A stretch of DNA of 63,905 nt, counting the filler, from Octopus bimaculoides (lineage: Eukaryota): assembly GCF_001194135.2 (NCBI RefSeq). It is 6 parts of 6 records of this genome, joined end to end, with 100 filler letters (N's around TTAATTAATTAA, not from the genome) between each part and the next. Parts side by side here need not be neighbours in the genome. Positions count along the whole stretch, not along the records: positions 43,955 to 60,591 come from NC_068990.1; positions 60,692 to 62,760 come from NW_026319447.1; positions 62,861 to 63,905 come from NW_026318272.1; 3 more parts are not named here. One strand, 5' to 3'. A model generated the notes under the pieces. It ran no database searches and was not told where the DNA came from. It was given only the letters and a program-made list of their open reading frames with translations. Shown piece after piece: positions 52,336 to 63,905 of this stretch. The translations under genes were made by a program, and so were the position numbers. Every line of letters starts with the position of its first letter. Within the stretch, counting starts at the first letter, position 1.

Positions 52336-55300
52336 NNNNNNNNNNNNNNNNNNNNNNNNNNNNNNNNNNNNNNNNNNNNNNNNNNNNNNNNNNNNNNNNN
52401 NNNNNNNNNNNNNNNNNNNNNNNNNNNNNNNNNNNNNNNNNNNNNNNNNNNNNNNNNNNNNNNNNNNNNNNNNNNNNNNNNNNNNNNNNNNNNNNNNNNN
52501 NNNNNNNNNNNNNNNNNNNNNNNNNNNNNNNNNNNNNNNNNNNNNNNNNNNNNNNNNNNNNNNNNNNNNNNNNNNNNNNNNNNNNNNNNNNNNNNNNNNN
52601 NNNNNNNNNNNNNNNNNNNNNNNNNNNNNNNNNNNNNNNNNNNNNNNNNNNNNNNNNNNNNNNNNNNNNNNNNNNNNNNNNNNNNNNNNNNNNNNNNNNN
52701 NNNNNNNNNNNNNNNNNNNNNNNNNNNNNNNNNNNNNNNNNNNNNNNNNNNNNNNNNNNNNNNNNNNNNNNNNNNNNNNNNNNNNNNNNNNNNNNNNNNN
52801 NNNNNNNNNNNNNNNNNNNNNNNNNNNNNNNNNNNNNNNNNNNNNNNNNNNNNNNNNNNNNNNNNNNNNNNNNNNNNNNNNNNNNNNNNNNNNNNNNNNN
52901 NNNNNNNNNNNNNNNNNNNNNNNNNNNNNNNNNNNNNNNNNNNNNNNNNNNNNNNNNNNNNNNNNNNNNNNNNNNNNNNNNNNNNNNNNNNNNNNNNNNN
53001 NNNNNNNNNNNNNNNNNNNNNNNNNNNNNNNNNNNNNNNNNNNNNNNNNNNNNNNNNNNNNNNNNNNNNNNNNNNNNNNNNNNNNNNNNNNNNNNNNNNN
53101 NNNNNNNNNNNNNNNNNNNNNNNNNNNNNNNNNNNNNNNNNNNNNNNNNNNNNNNNNNNNNNNNNNNNNNNNNNNNNNNNNNNNNNNNNNNNNNNNNNNN
53201 NNNNNNNNNNNNNNNNNNNNNNNNNNNNNNNNNNNNNNNNNNNNNNNNNNNNNNNNNNNNNNNNNNNNNNNNNNNNNNNNAGAGAGAGGGAGAGAGAGAG
53301 GCGCGCACACGCACGCATGTAAATCTACGTTGTCGACATAGAAGCATTTCGAATTTACCTATTTTCTCCGTAGATTGAAAAAAATTGTGAACAACCTCAA
53401 TCGATTTTCGACACTTTTTGGAATCTCATCAGAAAAATTTACATCACATGACCAATCCCAGAGAAACAAGTGTGTGAGTACGTGTGTGTGTGTGTGTGTG
53501 TATGTGTGTGCATATATGTATTTATGTATGTATGTATGTATGTATGTATGCATGCATGTATCCAAAATTGAATTTTGAGATGCCTAAGAGTGATATTAAA
53601 CGAGACACGTCTAATTATACAAGTACATGTGTATAAAGTCGGCATCTATTTACAAATGTGTGTTTATGTGTGTATATGTGCATGTTTGTATACGTATGTG
53701 CTTCTATGCATATACAGGTATGTATATGCATAGAATGTGTGTGTAATATTATGTATATGTGTGTAGTATTATTTTATAATCTCATTATTTCTATACATGA
53801 ATAAATTGGATTCATGATTATCGTCTGCATAAATTTGCGTATCTGTGTTGCGAAATACAATTATCATCGTATCTAAATGTATTTTTCGTCATAGCAGTTC
53901 TCTTTATTTTTGAGGTGGCTGTGAAGGTGTGCGTGCGTATCTATGTGTGTATGTGTGAACAAGAAAGAGATAGAAGGAAAGAGAGAGAGAGAGGGGGGGA
54001 GAGAGAGGGAGAGAGAGAGAGAGGGAGAGAGAGAGAGAGGAGTTGATATGTGTNNNNNNNNNNNNNNNNNNNNNNNNNNNNNNNNNNNNNNNNNNNNNNN
54101 NNNNNNNNNNNNNNNNNNNNNNNNNNNNNNNNNNNNNNNNNNNNNNNNNNNNNNNNNNNNNNNNNNNNNNNNNNNNNNNNNNNNNNNNNNNNNNNNNNNN
54201 NNNNNNNNNNNNNNNNNNNNNNNNNNNNNNNNNNNNNNNNNNNNNNNNNNNNNNNNNNNNNNNNNNNNNNNNNNNNNNNNNNNNNNNNNNNNNNNNNNNN
54301 NNNNNNNNNNNNNNNNNNNNNNNNNNNNNNNNNNNNNNNNNNNNNNNNNNNNNNNNNNNNNNNNNNNNNNNNNNNNNNNNNNNNNNNNNNNNNNNNNNNN
54401 NNNNNNNNNNNNNNNNNNNNACACACTCGGCCCAGTTGGAATGAGATCGGCCCAGAAGTAATCAAAATGACCCGCTGCTGCAGTGCTGCATGCTGCACTC
54501 TGGTTGCACAGCCCCTGCAGTTAGACTGTGTCCCAGTGGCTTGCGTTGCTAATTGAAATCACAAATCCATTGGCATTCATCCATCCCGGGTCTCAGCTAT
54601 GATTGGAGTTGCTGAAGTCTCAGACCACGTATAGAGAGAAACAGAGAAGCAGAAAGAAAGCAGAAGAGAGAGGGGGGGAAGGGAGAGCAGGAAAGAAACG
54701 AAAGAGAGAGAAAGAGAGAGCTGGATAGAAAGAATGAGACAGAATGAGAGAGACAGATAGACTGACAAGAGTTTCTCAGCATTGAGCTTAATAGCAATAG
54801 TAGATGTCAAAACCTTTTCGCGTCGTTTCAATATAATTAATAAAAACAACAGCAATAATAATAATAATTTTTCCACAAGGGCGAGTCGATTATATGGGCC
54901 CAGTGTTTCACTGGTACTTAATTTATCGACCCCGAAAGGTTGAAAGGCAAAGTCGACCTCGGCGGAATTTGAACTCAGAACGAATCGACGGGCAAAATGC
55001 TTAGCGGCAATTTGCCCGGCGTGCTAACGATTCCACCAGCTCGCCGCCTTAATAAAAATGATGATAATAATAGTAATAACAACAACAATAATAATAATAA
55101 CAACAACAACACAACAATAACAACAAAAATAGCTACAGTGATTATAACCAAGTAGATGCGAGGTTGATCGAAACAACGCCAGTTACTTCATATATCAACT
55201 AGAATAAAGACAACGTAACTCCTCTTTTTTTGTTTAATTAGATATTAGAAGCGTTGGTATTATGGAACATCCAAATGAAAATATTAGTTCTCTTCCATTC

Positions 55301-56776
55301 TGATAGATATTAGCACTTGATAGATTTAAAGTTTATGGCAACAGCATTATATTCTGCAGAATTTTTACCACTTAAAAGACGAAACAATTTCTGTATATCT
55401 TCTCACTTGTCACACGAGGTCTCTGTTATTTCTTATTTTTAACTCAAGGCGGTATAAAAGAAGATTTCATTATTGATAGAACGAAATCTATCTCCTGATG
55501 TGCAACAACGCCGCACACGTAAAGCAAAATTAAATTTTGAGTTAGAAGCAACGCGGTGCAGCTGCACCCTAACAGATAGACTTTTCGCTATTTGCATAAA
55601 TTTTAGACTAGCAATTTGAATTCGTTTCGGGAACGACTCGAGTATGTGGTACCGACAAGATGAAATAACAACGAAATATCGATATCTACCGCTTTCATCT
55701 ACCCGCGGAATAATTCGTTCGCTTGGTTTGGGGATATACAGTGTGTTATTTTAACACTCGACGTCTTATAGAGACTTTTCCTGGACGAAAAAGATCTGAG
55801 ATCGTTTAATCAAAACATATACATTAAGTGTATGACATCAATAATATTTACACTATTAGAGCAGCGTCTAACTCAAGATTTAATTTCGAGGATTATTTCA
55901 GTTTCTAAATGTTTTCATTCCTTATTTAACAATAATTTTATGCATGTGGCTGTATGAAAAGGTGTGCGGTCTTGTTGTAAATTAAGGCAAATGTAACTAT
56001 TTTAAATAAATTTGAAGAATAACAAAATAACATTTACTGATGGAAAAACTCAATACTGAAAGTAGAATCAGTTATATTACTTATGACTTTCACTTGATGG
56101 TTTTATCCAACCAATAACGGATGGATAATCCCTCAGCGAAATCATATACATACATATATATAAGCTTTTTTTCTTTATACGAGATCGCAAACACTATATA
56201 TTCTAAATAATATATAGTGTTTGCAAGTGGAAAAAAAACTTTCATCAGCAGCCAGTGATTATTTCATACTGAGAACGGGTAAACATGCAGAAACTATGGT
56301 CTGTGAATATCACGTAAGGCTGGAGACAGGAGCGAAGACCTCCCTTGCAAACACTATACTGACAGACTGTATCGATAGCCAGCCTGAAAAGATGTTTTCC
56401 TCGCTTGGGGCTTAAACAACAGTAACATTGTCCGTTATAGGACCGCCATATTCTGATGGCAAAGTAATTATATATNNNNNNNNNNNNNNNNNNNNNNNNN
56501 NNNNNNNNNNNNNNNNNNNNNNNNNNNNNNNNNNNNNNNNNNNNNNNNNNNNNNNNNNNNNNNNNNNNNNNNNNNNNNNNNNNNNNNNNNNNNNNNNNNN
56601 NNNNNNNNNNNNNNNNNNNNNNNNNNNNNNNNNNNNNNNNNNNNNNNNNNNNNNNNNNNNNNNNNNNNNNNNNNNNNNNNNNNNNNNNNNNNNNNNNNNN
56701 NNNNNNNNNNNNNNNNNNNNNNNNNNNNNNNNNNNNNNNNNNNNNNNNNNNNNNNNNNNNNNNNNNNNNNNNNNNN

Positions 56777-56806
<30 letters not shown>

Positions 56807-56813
<7 letters not shown>

Positions 56814-57381
56814 TTTGATCAATAAGTATCCGGATTGTTGCCATAGTAACGAAGCTAAAGCAAGCAGAGTGAAGCTGCTTGGCACAGATTGAACTGTACT
56901 GTGCATTAGCACTACGTTTTAACGTTCTAGTTCACTTCCACTGTTTACAGCAGTGCTTGGAAGGAAGGTGTGTAGCATGTGATCGTCACATTGACCATGA
57001 TAGAAAGAGTTGACCAGAGAATCTCAAAAAAAAGCTTGCCAAAAGCTTGGTGGTTGCGGGTCTCCCAGAGCGTTCGTCCATATCGACATTTTTTCTTGGT
57101 AACGCCTGAACTACACGTGTGCGGCTCAAACACTCTCTGCAACTTTGTGTAGGCCTCTGAGCAGGTATCGCCATGACAATTTCTCTGTCATGGCCAATGT
57201 GACGATCACACGCTACACACCTTCCTTCCAAGCACTGCTGTAAATACCCGAAGGGAGCTAGACCGTTAAAACTTAGTGTGCATGCTTAAAGCCAATTTTG
57301 CCGAGTGACTTTACTTTACTCTGCGTGATTTAGCGTCGTCACTATGGCAACAGTCCGGATACTTATTGATCAGACCTAATA
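56807..57381 (-). mobile_element. Mariner-derived fold-back MITE with two copies of the 5' end
   Basis: ~200-bp inverted arms beginning with TIR (ta)..GATCAATAAGTATCCGGAYTGTTGCCATAG. The core encodes a mariner N-terminal remnant (GDTCSEAYTKLQRVF / SRTRVV...DMDERSGRPAT). Confidence 0.8.
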
Positions 57382-58639
57382 TATCACGTGATCGACCAGA
57401 CCATTAGATGTTGTTATATATTGCTGGTAAAAAATGCGCTTTGCATCGCTTTTTGCTTTCGTATGATGCCAACCCGATAAAAAGGTACCAGTTGAACTCC
57501 GAGGTCGACATGATCAACTGACCCCCTGACCCCGAAATTGCTAGTCTTGTGCCAAAATTTAAAACAAATATTAGTAGCATGTGTTAAAATAAAATAGGTA
57601 AGATTTTCGGTTATAAACATCAAATTTAATTGAAGACACTTAACTAATACGATTATGAGATTGGACGGTTTTGTGCAGACATTTTTTCTACCTTGGATTC
57701 GTGTATATAATGTATCAGTTTAATTTAATGTTTTTAATTGAAAATTCTAACACATTTTTTTCGTCATGTGCTATTAATTGTAATATATTTATTTTCCATA
57801 ACTAAAATATAATGTATAAACAGAAATTTCGGTTCAGTTCATTTTAGAACGAGGCATCACCATGATATCTTGATAATATTGATTTCATATTTTGACACAA
57901 GGCCAGCAATTTATGGAGAGGGATAAGTCGGCTACATCGACCCTAAAGTTCAACTAGTACTTATTTAATCGTCCCCGATAGGATGAAAGATAAAGTTGAC
58001 CTCTGCGGGATTTGAACTCAGACCGTAAACTCGGACGAAATGCCACTGAGCATTTTTCCCGGCATGCTGATAATATTGCCCTCGTTCACTTAACATTCAT
58101 AGACAATTTCTCATCAAAATACGTAATTGCACCGAATTATCCCGTAAATGCATCAACAAGGGTGCATCTACGTAGGCGCTCGACCTGCAAGAAATAACAG
58201 CCAAATTTCCCTGAAATCAAACCATATCGTATTTTTAAAGGGAAGGTCATATTGGATAATGTAGTCCTAGATGCCTTATGTCAGAAAAAATGTCAAGATT
58301 GTTACGTTGTAACGCCTTTAATCATTGATTTACTTGATTCAAAAAGTCTTCAGATTAAAACAAGAAGAACAACTGAAAGAATAACAACAATGGGGAAGAC
58401 GATTTTTCATGAACATCTTCCAAAACTTATTTATCTTTGTTTTCATTTTCAATTGTAATATCCCACAAATAGACAGAAAAACGTGAGTGATAAGCAAACG
58501 CGCGCACACACAGCTTTGCACACATTGACATGTGTATTTCGCAATGCACAGAGATACACAGATTTATTGAAACGATTATCATAAAACCAATTTATTCATG
58601 TATAGAAATAATGAGATTATAAAACAACCCTCCACACAG

Positions 58640-58920
58640 AAACACACAGGCACACACATTTGCGTAAACACAAATTCAAAGGCAAACACATTTGTATATA
58701 TACAAATACACAAGCAGACACATTTGTGGATACACAAACGCACGCACAGGCACGCACATTTGTATATACTTAAACGCACAGACACATTTGCGTATAAACA
58801 AAATCACAAGCAGACATATTTGTATATACACAAAACTCAGACATTTCTATACACACAAATGCACAAACAGCACATTCGTCTGTATGTACATAAATTTGCA
58901 AGCACACACGTTCTGTATAA
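58640..58920. repeat. Degenerate ~30-bp minisatellite (ACACATTTGTATATACACAAA core)
   Basis: About 8 imperfect units. A similar ~30-bp ATTACTGGGTATATACAAATACAC array lies at ~20020-20300. Confidence 0.7.
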
Positions 58921-60342
58921 ACCACAGATATATTACGCATAGATATTTCTATGATTGGACTTGCGTAGGTATTCGTTCAGTTTCGTTCATAGATAACCAT
59001 CTCAAAATTTTAAGCACTATAATTGATTATATGTTTTTCTATACACACTATTTTAGTCTCCATCAATTTATAGTAAACGTTATGAAGAACAGAAGTGAAT
59101 CCTGGCCATCTTCATGAAAGGACAATGATATGATGATCAGTGCATTTAACAAGGAAGACTTCCCTGTCGAGGGGACTTAACTTCAATATAGGCTCAGGAG
59201 TGGTTGTTTGGTAAGAAGCTGGCTTCTTTTAGTTCCCATCTACCAGATTCACTCAAAGGGTGCCGTGCAGTGGGATTGAATTTGGAACCATGTCGTTGGA
59301 AAGCAAGCGTCTACACCTATTGTAATGTTGGTAAATATGTTGTTTGTGCTGCAAATATTTCAGATTGACAGCACGTTGAAAATTGAGGCCGTTTCAAGTA
59401 AGTAATACAGTTATTGATGTTGGATCAGATAGGAATTAGTAGCTGAATTATAATATGCATTCATATTCATTACTTTAGCCATAAAATAATAGAACAAGAA
59501 AAGAGTGTCATTCAACTTGGATTTGTAACCGTGATATTAAGATTATCATTCGCAATTCAACAAGCAAATGCTATGAAATGGGGAAAAAAATAAATAAATA
59601 ATAACTCTTTCCAGTTTCGGAACATCGACCTAAGTATTTGACTGGTACTTTATTTTATCGATCCGCAAAAGGGCGGAAAGTAAATTTGACGTAGGCGGAA
59701 TTTGAACTTACAACATAGAGAATCACTAAGCATTTTGTCCGACACGCCAGCGATTATGCCAGCTCGCCGCTTCTATAATGTCTTTAAACTTTAGCACAAG
59801 ACCAGCAATTCTGGGGGATGGGCCTCGTCGATTACATCGATCCCAGTACTCGACTGGTACTTATTTATCGACCCTGAAAGTTTGAAAGGCAAGGTCGGCT
59901 TCGGCGGAACTCAAAAAATGTAAAGAACGAAGTAATTTACTGTGTGAGATCCTTTGAAATTGCAGTATTCAGAGTTGGAGTTTGCGCTGATGTGCCAGGT
60001 AAAAGATGATCTATCCGTATACCGTAGTTGTCCTTTTAAAATAAAATCCGTTTGCAGAACATTGCAAACTATTAACAGGTAATTTATATTTAATATAAAC
60101 AATTCTGCTAAATTCACTACAGTAAAGTAAAGGATGGTATTGAGTACTACATCTCTTTTTGTTTGAATTTTGCTGTACTCCTCCACCGATTCTAAATTCA
60201 AATGATGTTCTGTTTATCCTACTCTTTCATTGTTGCGACTAAGGAAAATAATTACTCATAAATAACAGAACAGCAAGAACACACATACACAGGCACGCAT
60301 ACACACGTACGCAAACACATACACAAACACACACATATATAT

Positions 60343-60535
60343 CAGTGGCGTACGGCAGTTGTTGTATTGGGTATGCTACCACACCCAATGCCACTAAATT
60401 TCAAGCAGGGGAATAAAAAAAGTTTTCCATTAAGATTTGTGATTGAATTAATGAATAAGGTTAACATTTCTAATGAATTTGTCATTTTCGATGGGTGAGA
60501 AGCGCACACCGAGAACACCCGCAATATACGCCCCT

Positions 60536-60536
<1 letters not shown>
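60343..60536. mobile_element. Small TIR element (CAG(T/G)GGCGTA termini)
   Basis: Left CAGTGGCGTA, right TACGCCCCTG. TSD is obscured by microsatellites and the superfamily is uncertain. Confidence 0.4.
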
Positions 60537-60591
<55 letters not shown>

Positions 60592-61504
60592 NNNNNNNNN
60601 NNNNNNNNNNNNNNNNNNNNNNNNNNNNNNNNNNNTTAATTAATTAANNNNNNNNNNNNNNNNNNNNNNNNNNNNNNNNNNNNNNNNNNNNATATATGGG
60701 GGGGGGAACGAGACTAAGCTATCCGGGAGATTTTCCGAAGAGTTCATGACACTGCTCTTCAAAATCTACCGAAAGGGCTTTGGCCGGCACGGAACTATAG
60801 TAAGTAACTCGTACCCAAGATACCTCGCTGTAGGACTGAACCGAGAAACATGAGGCTGGGAAGCAAGCTTCTTACCACACAGTCACGCCTGTTAGAAGAA
60901 TCAGTTCAATGGGACAAATGATAACTTACAAAATAAACTGATTGGAATCGATTACTTAGGACGAAACAAAATGTGAAGGGATGCTCAAGATATAGATAAA
61001 CAGTGCGAACAAATAAATAACTTCACCTTTAATCCAGCCCCCCACACCAGTTTCAATAAAATATTATTTTCTAAATTTGATACAGGTTTAGCAAATTTGA
61101 GGGGAGGGGCAAATCGATTTCAGCAACCTCAGCACTCAACCTCAGTGGGATCTGAAGTTAGAACCTAAAGAGATGGAAGATACGCCGCTAAGTTCTTTTT
61201 CTCTTTTTCTTCATTTTTTTCTCAGATACGTTAATCGTTCTTATTTCTGTATTGTCCCTTGGCCAGGTAACCATGTCCCCACCTCTACAGCAACACACCT
61301 GTTTCTGCCTCTCTTATGTCTTTATTGCCCACAAGGGGCTAAACATAGAGGGGACAAACAAGGACAGACAAAGGGATTGAGTCAATTACATTGACTCCAG
61401 TGCGTAACTGGTACTTAATTTATCGACCTCGAAAGGATGAAAGGCAAAGTGACCTCGGCGGAATTTGAACTCAGAACGTAACGGTAGACGAAATATCTAT
61501 TTCG

Positions 61505-61731
61505 TTATTGCCCACAAGTGGCTAAACATAGAGGGAACAAACAAGAACAGACGAACGGATTAAGTCGATTACATCGACCCCAGTGCGTAACTGGTACTTA
61601 ATTTATCGACCTCGAAAGGATGAAAGGCAAAGTCGACCTCGGCGGAATTTGAACTCAGAACGTAACGGTAGACGAAATACCGCTAGGCATTTCGCCCGGC
61701 GTGCTAACGATTCTGCCAGCTCGCCGCCTTA
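61505..61731 (-). mobile_element. tRNA-derived SINE family B (AAGGCGGCGAGCTGGCAGAATC head; GCCTTTCATCCTTTCGRGGTCGATAAA central domain)
   Basis: B-box GAGTTCAAATTCC on the minus strand. Other copies at ~9300-9515, 9540-9755, 12140-12350, 25470-25699, 26015-26215, 29565-29760, 54870-55050, 57890-58080, 59620-59770, 59790-59910, 61320-61496. Confidence 0.85.
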
Positions 61732-63397
61732 GATGCGTTAATGGTTCTGCGAGCTCACCACCTTCTTCCGTCTCGTATAACTTAAGGCTATTTTAAACAG
61801 ACACCAACACAAAAACCTTTTATAAAAACTCGTTTTTTCAAAGAAGGATTTATACATGTTATTGTCAACACTTTTATAGAAGGTCGAGGTGCTTTTTTTC
61901 TTGCATTTCTTTTCTTTTCTTTCTTTTTTTTTTTTTGTAGATACTTTTTCCTGTTCATTTCTTTTTTTCTTCTTTCTCTCTTTTCACTGTTATTCAACTA
62001 ATTGCAATATTTCTGCTGACAGTTGTCGGAATTTTATCTAGTTTATTAAAGATATTTGTATTAAAATAGTATTAGTTTATTCTCAACCTACAATACAGTA
62101 AGGGTGGACTACAGCACTGGGTAAGCCGCAGTCATGAATAAACAAATTTGAAAAAGAAAAACAAAAAAGCAATACCAAAAAGAGAGAAATCGGAGTAAAA
62201 AAGGATTAAATAAACACAATCAAAATGTAAAACGCTTCGAATATTTGAGAGGCAGGCAAATGTCGCCGTCGTCGTTTCTGGTGTTGAGGTTGTCGCTGGT
62301 GTTGTTGTTGTTGTTGTGGTGCTGGTGGTGGTGGTATTACAAAATTAGATGACACACAGGTGCTAGTTTCCGGAATGCACCGAACGAAGGAATTGATGGC
62401 ACAGCACACTGTATACACTGTTAGACACTGTAACACACTGTGTTAGGATGTTGTTTAACCCCGGGTCAACCGTTATCGGCAGACCTCTAATAAAAGGCGC
62501 TCGAAACGTGACAATTCCATTGTCAGTAAGACGAAATATATTTCACACTCCCTCCTTTACCTCCAAATACCTGTGTGTGTGTGTGTGTGTGCACGCATAC
62601 ATGANNNNNNNNNNATGTCGCCGTCGTCGTTTCTGGTGTTGAGGTTGTCGCTGGTGTTGTTGTTGTTGTTGTGGTGCTGGTGGTGGTGGTATTACAAAAT
62701 TAGATGACACACAGGTGCTAGTTTCCGGAATGCACCGAACGAAGGAATTGATGGCACAGCNNNNNNNNNNNNNNNNNNNNNNNNNNNNNNNNNNNNNNNN
62801 NNNNTTAATTAATTAANNNNNNNNNNNNNNNNNNNNNNNNNNNNNNNNNNNNNNNNNNNNAAGTTAATGCAATACGATCATTTCATGCGACTCCATTTAT
62901 TTAAGCAATGCGAGCATTATATTAAATGTAAAATGCAGAGCAATCCTCAGCTGCACAAAGATATAGAAATTTACTGAAATTTCATTTCAACAGAAAGACA
63001 TATTGTTGTAACTGCATTTAAACTTTCCAAGTGGAAAGGAAGAATACAAAAAACCATTTTGACTTAGCCAGACTATACAGGCTAGTAATTAATTCCAAGA
63101 TTAGTAGATATTAATGCAATTCCCTGTTTATCATTCAGTACTGAAGCTTACCAAAAGCTGCTTGTCTGTTCCTTAATTAGTCCCAATAATGAAGCTTGCC
63201 AAAAGCTGTTTGTCAGTTCCTTACCACAACCACCATCACTGATGGGAAAAACCTGAAATATGTGATGCAAAGAACTTCATTTATCTGAGAACCAAACTCA
63301 GGTGCCTTTCTTGATGATGAAACAGTCAACCACACAACCAAAGCAACAAATGCTTTTAGTAAACTTCATCTCATCTATATATATACACATATATACA

Positions 63398-63479
<82 letters not shown>

Positions 63480-63481
<2 letters not shown>

Positions 63482-63692
63482 GTAATCCATTGATACTGTG
63501 GGTGTTACGTTCCAAAACCCCACCTGATAGGTGAAAATCCGCAAAATGGAAACTACTGTATATTTTTAAAATTATTTTTATAGTTTGTATATAATTTTTT
63601 ATTATAAATGCAAAACAACACCATAGAGGAATCGATGTAAGCTTAACTAATAAACTATGATCGGTGAACCATGACATGGTGAGGGATGACTG
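63480..63692. mobile_element. Tigger/pogo-like MITE (degenerate)
   Basis: Ends CAGTAATCCATTGATACTGTGG and (rc) CAGTCATCCCTCACCATGTCATG, followed by TA. Confidence 0.5.
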
Positions 63693-63741
<49 letters not shown>

Positions 63742-63905
63742 ATAGGAAGGACAACAAAAGAAAGAAAGAGACCTCAATATTATGTAAATAGAGGAATTTA
63801 TCTGTAAAAATATGTTTTATCATGGCTACCAAATAAGTGTCACATATTTTTACAAATATATATATATATATATATAAAGGTGTAGTATATTGTCAACTTA
63901 ATGTG

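Noticed and set aside
53395-53440. CTGATGA...GAAA-ATCGAT hammerhead-like motif on the minus strand
   Set aside because: The cleavage position would be G and there is no helix I.
54421-54610. GC-rich patch with CCAAT boxes
   Set aside because: Could be a promoter, but there is no linked exon or other evidence; not called.
59956-60077. Two plus-strand micro-exon-like AG..GT segments (33 and 21 bp)
   Set aside because: Too short to distinguish from chance; no recognisable peptide.
62259-62760. Exact ~146-bp duplication (62259-62404 and 62615-62760)
   Set aside because: The second copy is bounded by N gaps on both sides; typical scaffolding overlap artefact.

Overview
AT-rich, microsatellite-dense, gappy eukaryotic scaffold. 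The SINE/LINE repertoire and intron style point to a coleoid cephalopod (octopus-like); this is inferred, not proven. The only clearly recognisable gene is a minus-strand prolyl 4-hydroxylase alpha subunit (P4HA-like): four in-frame exons at 22149-21998, 11259-11098, 8130-7937 and 7287-7114. One expected internal exon, the 5' exons and the catalytic-domain exons are not visible (N gaps or outside the window). The rest is mostly transposon debris: at least three tRNA-derived SINE families, RTE LINE fragments, mariner fossils, hAT/Tc1/MULE-derived MITEs, two CCHC ORF1-like relics and a decayed Penelope-like (GIY-YIG) element. The best unexpected signals are a structurally complete minimal type-I hammerhead ribozyme at 15256-15298 (antisense within a P4HA intron) and a ~1 kb fold-back palindrome at 49189-50219. 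Nearly all long ORFs in the supplied track are microsatellite or N-gap artefacts.
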